DNA of 64,000 bases from Pseudomonadales bacterium. Its GTDB lineage: Bacteria; Pseudomonadota; Gammaproteobacteria; Pseudomonadales; JAUIET01. The notes below the pieces were generated by a model that was given only the letters and a program-made list of their open reading frames with translations, was not told the DNA's origin and did not search any database. How positions within the stretch are numbered: position 1 is the stretch's first letter; each line of letters opens with the position of its first letter. Shown piece by piece: positions 16,561 to 26,726 of the stretch. A program made the translations under genes and the position numbers. The stretch covers positions 131,890-195,889 of the forward strand of contig JBGCFQ010000011.1 of assembly GCA_045106985.1 (NCBI GenBank), in the 5' to 3' direction.

Positions 16561-17877
16561 ATGCCGAGAAGAAAGGCAGAGAGCAAAATAACAAAAAGCA
16601 TACAAAGATCTAAAGCTGAAGTTAGCGCCGCTGGATCAGAGCTTCACCATCTAAATCTGGGGCCTGGAGAAGCTCTCGAAAAAGAATGGCAGGCCGCTGG
16701 ACTTACTCTGCCCAACTTGCCACAAATGCGTGAATACCGGCTACAGCGAGTCGTAGATCAGCTAAACAAAATGGGCTACGACGGCGCACTACTCTTCGAC
16801 CCAATGAACATTCGCTACGTCACCGATTCAACCAACATGCAATTGTGGGTAATGCATAACAACTCTCGTTATGTTTGGGTTGGAGCCGACGGCTCGGTTG
16901 TACTTTGGGACTACGTTGAGTGCGAGTTTCTCTCCGCACATAACCCTCTGATCAAAGACGTGCGTCCTGCTGTAAACACCATATTTTTTCTGGCAGGTAC
17001 CCGCTATGCAGAAAAAACTGACGCGTGGGCTGCCGATGTCTATAGCGTTATTGAACGGCACGCTGGCCGCAAACCTCGTATAGCCATCGATCAGTGCTGC
17101 TACCTCGGTTATAAAGCATTAGAGGGCTTTGGCGTGAGAATTGAGAGTGGCCAAGAGATGATGGAGTATGCCAGAGCAATAAAATCGCCTGATGAAGTCA
17201 ATGCTATGAAGTGCGCTGTTCACGCCTGTGAGGCGTCTATGGACGATATGTGGCGCGCCTTCCAGCCAGGTATGACTGAACGAGAGTTATGGTCAATACT
17301 CCACGCAGGTAATATCAAGCGTGCGGGCGAATGGATAGAAACACAATTACTATGTTCTGGACCAAGAACCAATCCCTGGATGCAAGAAGCTAGCAGTAGA
17401 GTGATTCAAGAAGGCGACGTAGTGGCTTACGATACGGACTTGATCGGCGCCTACGGTATGCTGGTCGACATTTCGCGAAGCTGGGTGGCCGGCAGCGTGT
17501 CGCCCTCTCCTTCGCAACAAGCTACTTATGACATGGCACGGCAACAGGTAGAGCTTAACGCCGAATTACTGACAGCTGGTAGGTCATTCAAAGAACTCAG
17601 CGATCTAGCCTGGTTCCCTGCAGTAGAAGACTATCGTCACTACGGCATGCTTTATCATGGCGCTGGGCAATGCGATGAATACCCAGAGATTCCGTTTCCG
17701 CATAATTGGGAGTCCGCCGGTTTCGACGGCGAGCTTGAGTCGGGGATGGTGTTAACCAGCGAAGCCTACGTTGGACCACGTGCAGGAGGAGAAGGAATTA
17801 AGCTGGAACAACAATACTTAGTCACTGAAAATGGGCCTGAACTGCTCAGCCATTATCCAATGGACTTTGTGCGCTAG
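16561..17877 (+). CDS. dddP: M24 metallopeptidase-fold protein, DddP-like (candidate DMSP lyase)
   Basis: 438 aa. Several long segments match my recollection of Roseobacter DddP: LLFDPMNIRYVTDSTNMQLW, AGEWIETQLLCSGPRTNPWMQE, YDTDLIGAYGMLVDISRSW, HGAGQCDEYP and IKLEQQYLVTENGPELL. The symbol is tentative. Confidence 0.6.
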   Translation: MPRRKAESKITKSIQRSKAEVSAAGSELHHLNLGPGEALEKEWQAAGLTLPNLPQMREYRLQRVVDQLNKMGYDGALLFDPMNIRYVTDSTNMQLWVMHNNSRYVWVGADGSVVLWDYVECEFLSAHNPLIKDVRPAVNTIFFLAGTRYAEKTDAWAADVYSVIERHAGRKPRIAIDQCCYLGYKALEGFGVRIESGQEMMEYARAIKSPDEVNAMKCAVHACEASMDDMWRAFQPGMTERELWSILHAGNIKRAGEWIETQLLCSGPRTNPWMQEASSRVIQEGDVVAYDTDLIGAYGMLVDISRSWVAGSVSPSPSQQATYDMARQQVELNAELLTAGRSFKELSDLAWFPAVEDYRHYGMLYHGAGQCDEYPEIPFPHNWESAGFDGELESGMVLTSEAYVGPRAGGEGIKLEQQYLVTENGPELLSHYPMDFVR

Positions 17878-17961
17878 CGTTTCGATTTCAAGCAAATCAA
17901 ATACCGACCGTCGAGTTCGAAATAAAAATGGGCCTTATGATGCCCTTTCGATATATGATGC

Positions 17962-19236
17962 GTGGTTTTGGATTCTGGGAAAATAGCTAAAGTGACTTAC
18001 GATGGCAGTGGCGATAACAGCAATGATGATGGTGAACCTCAATTTGAGCTTATCCCTCGACTGCAGCTAAACAAGGGCGCCGATCGGCGCTTGCGAAAAG
18101 GTCATCTCTGGATTTACTCAAACGAAGTAAATGTGAAAGCCACACCGCTTAAGCTGCTGCAGGCAGGGCAACAAGCTACAGTACTGTGCGATAAGGGCAA
18201 GTTTATAGGCATTGCGACAGTTAATCCTAATGGCTTGATTTGCGCGCGGCTTGTAAGTCGCCAGCCAGATCAGTTGTTGGATAAATCGTTGTTGGTGCAT
18301 AGAATCAAGCAAGCTCTTAGTTTGCGAGAGCGCTTTTACCCCGCCCCTTATTACAGACTGATCTATGGCGACTCGGACCTACTACCTGGACTGGTAGTTG
18401 ACCGCTTTGACGATATTCTCGTTGTACAAACATCTACAGCCGGAATGGACGCACTAAAGCAAGAATTGCTGGACGCATTGGATAAGTGTCTCAAACCGCG
18501 AGGCATCCTGTTTAAGAACGACCATTCCGGCCGAGAGTTAGAGGGCTTGCCTAGCGAACAAGATGCCTACGGTGCAGTACCCGATCGAGTAGAGTTGATT
18601 GAGAACGACACTCGGTTTTCTGCGCCTATCAAGGAAGGGCAAAAGACAGGATGGTTTTATGACCATCGTGACAATCGTGCAGTGCTGCAAAATTTGTGCA
18701 AAGACAAACGGGTGTTGGATGTTTTCTCGTATCTTGGCGGCTGGGGTATACAAGCTGCAAAAGCCGGCGCCAGTGACGTAATATGCGTAGACTCTTCAGC
18801 CCAGGCATTAGACTGGGCGCAGGAAAATGCAGAGCTAAATGGCGTTCAAGATAAGGTCACTATGGTTCAAGGCAAGGCCATACAGGTGCTCAAAAATTTG
18901 GTAGAAGCGAAACATCGCTTTGATATTGTGGTGCTCGACCCTCCCGCCTTTATTAAGCGACGCAAAGATCAAAAATCAGGTGAAGCTGCTTATCACCATA
19001 TCAATGAACTTGGCATGCGATTACTGGGCCGTGATGGATTGCTGGTATCTGCGTCTTGCTCCATGCACCTGCCGCAAGAAACACTCACTGACATAGTGCG
19101 CGGCTGCAGCCGAAAGTTAAACAGAAACGCTCAACTGGTTTATCAGGGAGGACAAGGTGCTGACCATCCTGTTCACCCCGCGATTCCAGAAACCGATTAT
19201 TTGAAAGCAGTATTCAGTCGGGTCTACCACGAGTAA
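17962..19236 (+). CDS. rlmI: 23S rRNA m5C1962 methyltransferase RlmI (PUA plus class I SAM methyltransferase)
   Basis: 424 aa with a GTG start; the exact start is uncertain. Pattern: LQLNKGADRRLRKGHLWIYSNEV, KTGWFYDHRDNR, VLDVFSYLGGWG, DIVVLDPPAF. Confidence 0.8.
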   Translation: MVLDSGKIAKVTYDGSGDNSNDDGEPQFELIPRLQLNKGADRRLRKGHLWIYSNEVNVKATPLKLLQAGQQATVLCDKGKFIGIATVNPNGLICARLVSRQPDQLLDKSLLVHRIKQALSLRERFYPAPYYRLIYGDSDLLPGLVVDRFDDILVVQTSTAGMDALKQELLDALDKCLKPRGILFKNDHSGRELEGLPSEQDAYGAVPDRVELIENDTRFSAPIKEGQKTGWFYDHRDNRAVLQNLCKDKRVLDVFSYLGGWGIQAAKAGASDVICVDSSAQALDWAQENAELNGVQDKVTMVQGKAIQVLKNLVEAKHRFDIVVLDPPAFIKRRKDQKSGEAAYHHINELGMRLLGRDGLLVSASCSMHLPQETLTDIVRGCSRKLNRNAQLVYQGGQGADHPVHPAIPETDYLKAVFSRVYHE

Positions 19237-19258
19237 GGTCAGACACTATGGTGCCAGC

Positions 19259-20023
19259 TCATGTTGCTAAATAGCCGCCATCTGCAACAATAGTAGCTCC
19301 GGTGGTAAAGCAGCCCATATCACTGACAAGATAAAGTACTGGCCCGAGTATTTCCTCGCTATCGGCTACCCGCTTTTGCAACGACGCATTTTTAGCGCCG
19401 TCTTCAAAGCCTGGTATTGCCGCCGCGGTAACATCAAAAAGATCCGAATGATAACTACCAGGGGCTATGGCGTTAACGCGAATATTTTTGCTAGCCCACT
19501 CAGCCGCCATTACTTTGGTTAAGGCTTCCAAGGCTGCTTTATTACTGGCATAAAACCCTTGATAAGCTGGCGGACGAAGTGCGGCAACCGAAATAAAATT
19601 AATGATGACACCGCCACCCGCTTCAGCCATTTTGGGCGCTAGACGCGACGCCAGATACCAAGGCCCTTTAACGTTCACGTTTGTCATTTTATCGAACAAG
19701 TCGGGTGACAAGGCGCTCAGTTCCCCCATTGCAGGGTTAATTGCTGCATTGTTAATGAGAATGTCGATCTTGCCGAAGCGTTGATAAGCCTGTTCTATCA
19801 AAGAATCGAGACTGTCAATCTCCCCTGTGTGGACCGAGACGGCTAGAGCTTGCCGCCCCTTCGCTTCCACCTCAGCGCAGACCTGCTGACAGTTTTCTAG
19901 CTTACGGCTGGCAACAATAATATCTGCGCCAGCATCAGCCAGCCCCAGCGACATAGCTTTACCAAGTCCACGACTGCCCCCGGTAATCAGAACGACCTTT
20001 CCGCTAAGATCAATTTCTAGCAT
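19259..20023 (-). CDS. SDR-family oxidoreductase
   Basis: 254 aa. Motifs: ITGGSRGLGKA, NNAA, YASNK. Confidence 0.85.
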   Translation of the reverse strand: MLEIDLSGKVVLITGGSRGLGKAMSLGLADAGADIIVASRKLENCQQVCAEVEAKGRQALAVSVHTGEIDSLDSLIEQAYQRFGKIDILINNAAINPAMGELSALSPDLFDKMTNVNVKGPWYLASRLAPKMAEAGGGVIINFISVAALRPPAYQGFYASNKAALEALTKVMAAEWASKNIRVNAIAPGSYHSDLFDVTAAAIPGFEDGAKNASLQKRVADSEEILGPVLYLVSDMGCFTTGATIVADGGYLAT

Positions 20024-20168
20024 AGGTATTACCTTCTAACTATTTTTCTTAGTAGATGTAACGCAAGATGTTGCGCCAAATACACGAAGCTCGCCTGGCG
20101 ACAATTTACAAAAAACATCTAGATTCTTTCATCTTTTGACGCGAGGTGAGCTGAATTGAGGACTATGT

Positions 20169-21047
20169 TCATTTTATCATCGTCTCAGGAGGCACCCCTG
20201 GCTCGCCCATAAACGGCGCGAATGACATTGGTTGTGTACCATCCACATCTTTGACCCCTAACTCCAGACCCAATTCAGCATTCCACCACGAGCGTCCGCT
20301 AAAGCGCATATAGTCATCGCATGAAGCTATGGCATCAATAATACGGCCTGGGAATTCTGGCGACTCCATGCCAGGCTTCAAAGGCTCATACTCTTCAGGA
20401 AGCGCATCGGCGTCTATCGCAGGCTGCAAGCGTTCGGTCTTCACAATGCCAGGCCAAATCGCCAGCGCAGCCACATTATGTTCTCGCAGCTCTTTACCCA
20501 TGTCGTGCATCATTTTGTCCGTGCCGGCTTTACCTATACCGTAAATAACAGAATGCAGATAAGCTTTGGCGCCGGGCGAGGAAATGTTCACTATCATGCC
20601 TCCGCCTTGCTCGACCATCTGAGGTGCAGCATAACAACTGGCAACATAGTGAGCTCTTAAGCCCAAGTCGATCATTTTGCCCCAATGGTCATTAATAGGG
20701 CGTTGCCAAAAGGGCTTCCATTCGAGAATGTCATCCGGCACCTGAAACACGTTGTTCACAAGTATATCCAGCCTGCCTTGCTCGCTCACGATTTTTGCAA
20801 TCAAAGCTTCAATCTGTGCGTCGTCAAAGTGATCACAGACAACCGCAACCGCAGTGGCGCCGCGCTGCTCAATCTCACTTGCCGTTAAATCGATTGTGCC
20901 AGGTAATGTGGAGGTTTGCCCTTCTGACTCAGAACGGCCGCTGATGTATATCGTCGTACCATTCTGCGCTAAAGCCAGCGCGACGCCTTTACCCACTCCT
21001 CGACTCGCGCCAGTCACCAAAATAACTCGATTCGATTGTAACGCCAT
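20169..21047 (-). CDS. SDR-family oxidoreductase
   Basis: 292 aa. Motifs: VTGASRGVGKG, NNV, YGIGK. Confidence 0.8.
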   Translation of the reverse strand: MALQSNRVILVTGASRGVGKGVALALAQNGTTIYISGRSESEGQTSTLPGTIDLTASEIEQRGATAVAVVCDHFDDAQIEALIAKIVSEQGRLDILVNNVFQVPDDILEWKPFWQRPINDHWGKMIDLGLRAHYVASCYAAPQMVEQGGGMIVNISSPGAKAYLHSVIYGIGKAGTDKMMHDMGKELREHNVAALAIWPGIVKTERLQPAIDADALPEEYEPLKPGMESPEFPGRIIDAIASCDDYMRFSGRSWWNAELGLELGVKDVDGTQPMSFAPFMGEPGVPPETMIK

Positions 21048-21102
21048 CGGTCTACCTCACAGCAAAAACACTGAACTGAAACACTAACACTGCAACAAAG
21101 CG

Positions 21103-22221
21103 CTATGGCGCTACAGCTTCCCAGCTATCAAAGCCCATTGGCGTGTATATACCGAACACGCAGTTTTCATGCATGCCATAGCCGATGTCGCCGTTCGACA
21201 ACTGCCAACGGCACAACATCTCATTCAAGCCCTGAATCTGGGCAAATTGCTCGGGATCCGTCATATCCCACTGCTGCCCTTCTACTTTAAGCGCACCTTG
21301 ATACACACCCAAGGAGTGCGGAGTGCCCGGCGAATAGCCTGAACCACCCAGAAGATAATTGGTTCGTAGCGGCGTGCCGGTAAGCACTAAGTCCGAGTGC
21401 GCAAAGGTGATAACCGTTTTTGCAATTTCCCGTGTGCCCGACTTGTATGTGAAATTGGCTTTGGGACTGCCCAGGTGAATCACGGGTTCATCAATTCCGA
21501 ACCGGGGAACTTTAACCGCCTCTTCTTGCATCCGATTGCCTTGCCCGTCTTCATCAAAATACACCTTAATCATGTAGTCATCGAATTGGGCTGGAATCCA
21601 GTTGTGGTAGTGACCGAAGGTTTCGTAATCGCGGTATTTCGCGTTAACACCAACTGGCTCCATTTCGCCAACATTAGGACGAATGCCCCAGGAATGGTCT
21701 CTGGCTCCCATCCATCGGTCAGGCGTAACATCGAATCGCTTGCCGTCTACATTGATATGACCCGTATAATTCCCGACTTGTGCGAATCGTTGGGTATGCT
21801 CCATAAGACGGTTGCCTGAACGCCTATAAGTAACCGGTTCTTCCAAGGCTGGAACGAAACCATCAAACACCAAATCAAAGTCCACACCATGCTCATTGGG
21901 TGCGCAACTGAGTTTTAATTTGCGTAAGCCTTCCAACACTTCAATTTTGAACGGTCCAACACTGGTATCCAGTCGATCTATGCCTAGTTCACGTGAGGCA
22001 CGAACGCAGTAATGCGTGTCGCGATAGGAGACCGTTACGAAGGCATCAATAACATCTAGGTTGGGATACTGGCCCATGCCAGTGACGATAAACAGTTCGT
22101 CATCGCAGCCGTGAATATTAAAATAATAGCGGTCGTAGAAGTTTCGATCGCCCGTGTATACGTGGTCAAATGTTTCAGGGGTTTGATGGGCTAATAAATC
22201 ATCTAAAGGACTGAGAGGCAT
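21103..22221 (-). CDS. conserved hypothetical protein (no family recognised)
   Basis: The track ORF is 21103..22329. I trimmed it to the ATG at 22221, which is preceded by AAGGAG at 5-nt spacing and removes the overlap with the MipA-like gene. It begins MPLSPLDDLLAHQTPETFDHV. Confidence 0.6.
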   Translation of the reverse strand: MPLSPLDDLLAHQTPETFDHVYTGDRNFYDRYYFNIHGCDDELFIVTGMGQYPNLDVIDAFVTVSYRDTHYCVRASRELGIDRLDTSVGPFKIEVLEGLRKLKLSCAPNEHGVDFDLVFDGFVPALEEPVTYRRSGNRLMEHTQRFAQVGNYTGHINVDGKRFDVTPDRWMGARDHSWGIRPNVGEMEPVGVNAKYRDYETFGHYHNWIPAQFDDYMIKVYFDEDGQGNRMQEEAVKVPRFGIDEPVIHLGSPKANFTYKSGTREIAKTVITFAHSDLVLTGTPLRTNYLLGGSGYSPGTPHSLGVYQGALKVEGQQWDMTDPEQFAQIQGLNEMLCRWQLSNGDIGYGMHENCVFGIYTPMGFDSWEAVAP

Positions 22222-22315
22222 GTTCGCTCCTTGTGGTTTTCTATGACTATTATGAGGAAAAGATCTTCGTTTGGACGAATTCTGGAAGGAACGTAACGAA
22301 GATCGATAATTGTAT

Positions 22316-23152
22316 CTATTCGCGGTCATCCTGCTCAGCAGTGACCATTCTTTTCGAGCGCTTCAAGATCCAAGAGACCGTTATGCCAGCGGAAATATTA
22401 TGTTCGCGCGCAAAAAGCGGGCTATCTTCATTCTCAGCACCTTGCATATTGAAGTAACGAAAAAATAGGTTCGTGTGCATGTTTTTAAAGTATCGATTCA
22501 GACTAAAACCCCAGTTCAAGCCCGTGTAACCGGCACTTGCTCTATATTCAGCACGACTGGCTGTGCTAAACGGTGCATCCACTCCATAGCTGTATTGATG
22601 ATACTTCTGGTCAGAGAAAATCAGTCCAAAGGAGCTCTTAAGATTCCAATCACCTACCGGCATATGAGCGCTCAATCTAGGGTTGCTTGTCCACCCCTCA
22701 TAGTTACCTGCGTCATCACCAAAAGCAAACGCGGCCCGAACGGGTAATTCAAACTGAAGATGCAGTGCAGCTGAGTCGACAATATCCATTTTAAGATTGG
22801 GCCCTAGCTCCGCAAGCACGTCCAGGTCCGGCATACCGGTGCGAAGCTCGTTGTCTTCGCTATCTACAGGGAAGGACCCGCCTCCACTTATACCCAAACT
22901 AAAACGTTCTGACTCAAATAGTCTGGCACGCAGTCCGTTCCTATCAGCTCGGAGAATTTTGCCTCTGTATTTGAAATAGGGTATGGGCAGTACATACACT
23001 CGGCTATCGTTGGCACCAAGATAATGTGGTTGGCTGAGTGCCGCTATTCCCACACCAAGCTCCCACGCTGGTAACTGCTCTTCGGCATGCAACAACCCGG
23101 CAGGTATAGTTAATAGAAACAAAAGAGAGAGGTAAGAACGTAGGGAGTGCAT
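22316..23152 (-). CDS. MipA/OmpV-family outer-membrane protein
   Basis: 278 aa. Has a signal peptide, then WELGVGIAALSQPHYLGANDSRVYVLPIPYFKYRGKILRADRNGLRARLF, typical of MltA-interacting protein family members. Confidence 0.75.
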   Translation of the reverse strand: MHSLRSYLSLLFLLTIPAGLLHAEEQLPAWELGVGIAALSQPHYLGANDSRVYVLPIPYFKYRGKILRADRNGLRARLFESERFSLGISGGGSFPVDSEDNELRTGMPDLDVLAELGPNLKMDIVDSAALHLQFELPVRAAFAFGDDAGNYEGWTSNPRLSAHMPVGDWNLKSSFGLIFSDQKYHQYSYGVDAPFSTASRAEYRASAGYTGLNWGFSLNRYFKNMHTNLFFRYFNMQGAENEDSPLFAREHNISAGITVSWILKRSKRMVTAEQDDRE

Positions 23153-23208
23153 AGATGCCTTAATACTTTGTTAATGCGGGCTACTTGCACCGATGTTACT
23201 CTTCTTCA

Positions 23209-24132
23209 ATGCAGCAAGAAGATACATTGCCAGAAAACTCATTGGTGAACAACAATAGCTTAGACCGCGATTTTCGCGAGCGCTACGGGCCTTGGGCTGT
23301 CATTGCCGGAGGCTCAGAGGGAACCGGAGAGTCATTCGCCCGTTTGTTAGGGGCGCAAGGGATCAATTTAATACTGTTAGCGCGGCGCGATGTTCCCTTA
23401 CAACGCCTTAAAAAATCTATAGAAAACGAACATGGAGTAATGGTTGAAGTCCTTGCTGTCGACCTCACGGCTGACCATGCTGTTGATTCAGTTATTGAAG
23501 TAAGCCGCAACAGGGAGGTTGGGTTGTTTATCTATAACCTAGGCTCCAATATTCACTACGACCGTTTCACAGAATGGCCCAGAGAATCCTTAGACTTCAT
23601 GATTCGAATGAACTGCGAGATGCCAGTGCATTTATCCCACCATTTTTCTCAGGGTATGAAGCAGCGTAAACGCGGCGGCATTGTGTTTCTCGGATCTATG
23701 GCTGGACTCGCAGGTGCGGCCTATATGAGCATTTACCCAGCGACCAAGGCGTACCTGCAAATACTTGCAGAAGGACTCTGGCACGATCTAAAACCTCTGG
23801 GAATTGACGTAATGTGTAGCGTTCTGGGGGCAACTAATACCCCCAGCCACCAGAACATGAAATTCGAAGAACTCGACGACACTGATAGCGAACCATCACA
23901 TTCTATGGCCATGGAATGTGATGATGTCGCAAGAGAAACCCTGGCTCGCTTAGGCTCAGGGCCAATCTGGGTAGTGGGAGCACACAATCGGGCGCTGTTA
24001 CCAGAAGGCTTTCTCGCTCAACGTCCTTGGGCGGTAGAAATGATGAGCATGAACACAGCGAAGATAGCGGGAATAAAGCATACGCCAATGCAGACCGAGG
24101 CACTCGTCGACAGCAACAAAAACGATGTGTAA
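23209..24132 (+). CDS. SDR-family oxidoreductase
   Basis: Motifs: AVIAGGSEGTGES and YPATK. The track start is a TTG at 23185; the first ATG is at 23209. The true start is uncertain. Confidence 0.75.
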   Translation: MQQEDTLPENSLVNNNSLDRDFRERYGPWAVIAGGSEGTGESFARLLGAQGINLILLARRDVPLQRLKKSIENEHGVMVEVLAVDLTADHAVDSVIEVSRNREVGLFIYNLGSNIHYDRFTEWPRESLDFMIRMNCEMPVHLSHHFSQGMKQRKRGGIVFLGSMAGLAGAAYMSIYPATKAYLQILAEGLWHDLKPLGIDVMCSVLGATNTPSHQNMKFEELDDTDSEPSHSMAMECDDVARETLARLGSGPIWVVGAHNRALLPEGFLAQRPWAVEMMSMNTAKIAGIKHTPMQTEALVDSNKNDV

Positions 24133-24389
24133 AGATGATTGCAACCGTCCGGGGCAACAGCACTAAAAGCACTTCTACCCAGTTTCGATTTCGCTCCTGA
24201 GATAACACATGTATAACACATGAGATGATGATGCAGATGACTGCAGAGACAACTAGCTCGCACAGCGTTGATAGAAGCGGCGCGTAATCAAGTAGTTATA
24301 AGGCCATCGGTGAGCTTGTAGCTCTCAAATTAATCTATACATATCAAAATATTAGGATCGAAATATAAAGCAGTTTAAGACCATGGTAA

Positions 24390-25241
24390 CTAGCCAGCTT
24401 TCACACCAGTATAGGTTTCTGTGGTCGCCAATGCTGAGATCCTTTGCATTATTCGTCGACCCTCAAAGTCCTGAACAGCGTAGTGTTGAACACACTGTTG
24501 ATCCCAAAGCACAAGCTCACCTTCCTGCCAACGGTGGCGGTAGGCATACTCCGGTTTTTGGATGTGCGCTAACAACATACGCAAAATCGCGTCCGCTTCA
24601 ATCGGATTCAATCCCTCAATATGACGCGTATAAGTGGAATTAACAGTCAGCCATTTGCGGCCCGTCTCTCGGTGCTCGCGAACTACCGGATGAGAATAAA
24701 GCAGCCCTTTGACAAGAGCATCCCCCATCATTTCAGCTAAGGGAATACCGCTTTGCCAGCCTAGCTCGTACAGATGACCATAATCATGCACTGCCGTCAG
24801 GCCATCCAGCAGCACTTTCATTTTATCAGACAGGCCATCAAATGCCGCCGCCGTACTAATAAAAGCGGTATCGCCGCCGTGTGCTGGTAGTTGCTTACAA
24901 TGCAACAAATTAACTAAAGGTGGGTGCTGTAAGAACGTTTCGTCGCAGTGCCACGAATCTGCTCGATCTCCCTTCTCGGAATCTATTACCGTCAAAAATG
25001 GGTATTCTTCATCAACACCAAACTGATCGGTTGCATTGTGCTCAAGCTCGCCAAACCGTCTCGCTAACTGAGCATGCTGCTCAGTGCTAAGCTCGCTAGC
25101 CTGCATTGATACAACTTGATGCTGAAACAAAGCGTGCGCAATTTGCTCAATAGTTTGATCACTAAGCGCTTGGGAAAAATCTACTCCTTCTATTCGAGCG
25201 CCGACCAGACCGCCGACTTTACGTATGTTCAAGTCACTCAC
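24390..25241 (-). CDS. TauD/TfdA-family Fe(II)/2-oxoglutarate dioxygenase
   Basis: 283 aa. WHCDETF supplies the HxD iron ligands, followed by GGDTAF. Overall pattern resembles taurine dioxygenase. Confidence 0.8.
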   Translation of the reverse strand: MSDLNIRKVGGLVGARIEGVDFSQALSDQTIEQIAHALFQHQVVSMQASELSTEQHAQLARRFGELEHNATDQFGVDEEYPFLTVIDSEKGDRADSWHCDETFLQHPPLVNLLHCKQLPAHGGDTAFISTAAAFDGLSDKMKVLLDGLTAVHDYGHLYELGWQSGIPLAEMMGDALVKGLLYSHPVVREHRETGRKWLTVNSTYTRHIEGLNPIEADAILRMLLAHIQKPEYAYRHRWQEGELVLWDQQCVQHYAVQDFEGRRIMQRISALATTETYTGVKAG

Positions 25242-25244
25242 TAT

Positions 25245-26726
25245 TTACACCCTTATCTCATTATGCGCCGCTGACCGTCCTGCTTGGCGGCCAAAAAATG
25301 TGGCGTCTCCAATACTCATTCCACTGGCGTAGCCTGCAGCACAGCGCGGTAAACCTGCGGAATTACGCCCGGCGGCGTACAGCCCCGATATTGTATTTCC
25401 TTCGACACTCAATACTTCACCAGTTGGCAAAGTGTCCAGCCCGCCAAAGGTCATTACTGCAAAATAACCTCCAGCACCTAAGGACAATTCAAATGCGGCG
25501 TAAGGTGGTTCATCTAGAGCATGCACGTATTTTTCTGCTTTGTGGAACGCTGGATCTTCGCCGTGCTCGGCATAGCGATTGTAAAAGCTCAGCGTATTAG
25601 CTAAGGCACCCTGAGGGATTTTGAGCTCTTGCTCCAACTCTTCAACTGTCTCACCGGTACCAGCGACCGGATAACCTCCTTGAGGCGGCCGTTCCAGCAC
25701 ATCAAAATAGCGGCTATCAATTATCAGATAGTAACGCTGTTCGTGACGATCGAGTATCGCACTGCCCAATCGGCCGTGATATACGTCTTCGTTAATAAAG
25801 CGTTGGCCGTTGCCATCAACAATAATCGAGTTAAGGAATTGTTTCGGTGGGTAATACGGCGTGCATATAAACCCTTCATGCATATTGATCGCCGCACCAC
25901 CGGCGCCCATTCCTATACGTATTCCGGCGCCCGTGTCGTTAGCGTTTCCGTTCGGGTAATTGCCCAGCGCCAAGCGCGGCGCGTATTTAGCTACCATAGG
26001 CTCGTTCATTATGAAGCCACCGCCGCATAGAACCACACCACAGCGCGCCTTGAAGCAACACTCTGTGCCATTAATTCGCACGACCAAACCAACTACTCGG
26101 CCCTGTTCTGAGATAGCGGTAAGCGCTCGTGCATCGCACACAATATCAACGCCTTTGTCCTTCGCACTGCGAATCAAATTTTCCATAAGCGGTATACCGC
26201 CATGGTCGCCCTTGATTAAAGGCTTGTGGCCGCGCGGCGCTGCTTTCGATGCCGCAGAATAAGGCCAGGCTTCTTCATTGCCTGATATCATCAAGCCCGC
26301 ATAGTTTGGCGTATTGGTATGCTTGCCAGCGTAATATTCAGCCTTAAATTCAATTCCTTGAGAGATTAGCCAATCATAGTGCTCCAGACTATGGTCGCAA
26401 TACAAACGCACCTTAGCCTTATCTGCATTAGGCCCAGAGGCCTCCAGCAAATACTTGTGCATTTCTTCTATATCATCGTCAAAACCGCAGGCTTTCTGGG
26501 TAGGCGTTCCACCACCCATATAAATCAACCCGCCGGCCATTGCAGTAGACCCGCCGGCATCGCTGGCGGCCTCTAGTACAATCACCTTGGCACCCGCATC
26601 GGCAGCCTCGATTGCAGCACTTATTCCAGCGCCGCCGCCGCCAAGAATTAGCACATCACATTTGGCATGCCACTCTTGTACATCTGCTGCAGCCAAAGGC
26701 TTATCCGAGAGAGATTTCTCACTCAT
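25245..26726 (-). CDS. FAD-dependent oxidoreductase (FAD_binding_2 type; 3-ketosteroid-delta1-dehydrogenase/fumarate-reductase-flavoprotein-like)
   Basis: 493 aa. Motifs: DVLILGGGGAGISAAIEAADAGAKVIVLE ... GLYAAGR. Its stop lies 3 nt before the start of the TauD-like gene. Confidence 0.75.
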   Translation of the reverse strand: MSEKSLSDKPLAAADVQEWHAKCDVLILGGGGAGISAAIEAADAGAKVIVLEAASDAGGSTAMAGGLIYMGGGTPTQKACGFDDDIEEMHKYLLEASGPNADKAKVRLYCDHSLEHYDWLISQGIEFKAEYYAGKHTNTPNYAGLMISGNEEAWPYSAASKAAPRGHKPLIKGDHGGIPLMENLIRSAKDKGVDIVCDARALTAISEQGRVVGLVVRINGTECCFKARCGVVLCGGGFIMNEPMVAKYAPRLALGNYPNGNANDTGAGIRIGMGAGGAAINMHEGFICTPYYPPKQFLNSIIVDGNGQRFINEDVYHGRLGSAILDRHEQRYYLIIDSRYFDVLERPPQGGYPVAGTGETVEELEQELKIPQGALANTLSFYNRYAEHGEDPAFHKAEKYVHALDEPPYAAFELSLGAGGYFAVMTFGGLDTLPTGEVLSVEGNTISGLYAAGRNSAGLPRCAAGYASGMSIGDATFFGRQAGRSAAHNEIRV

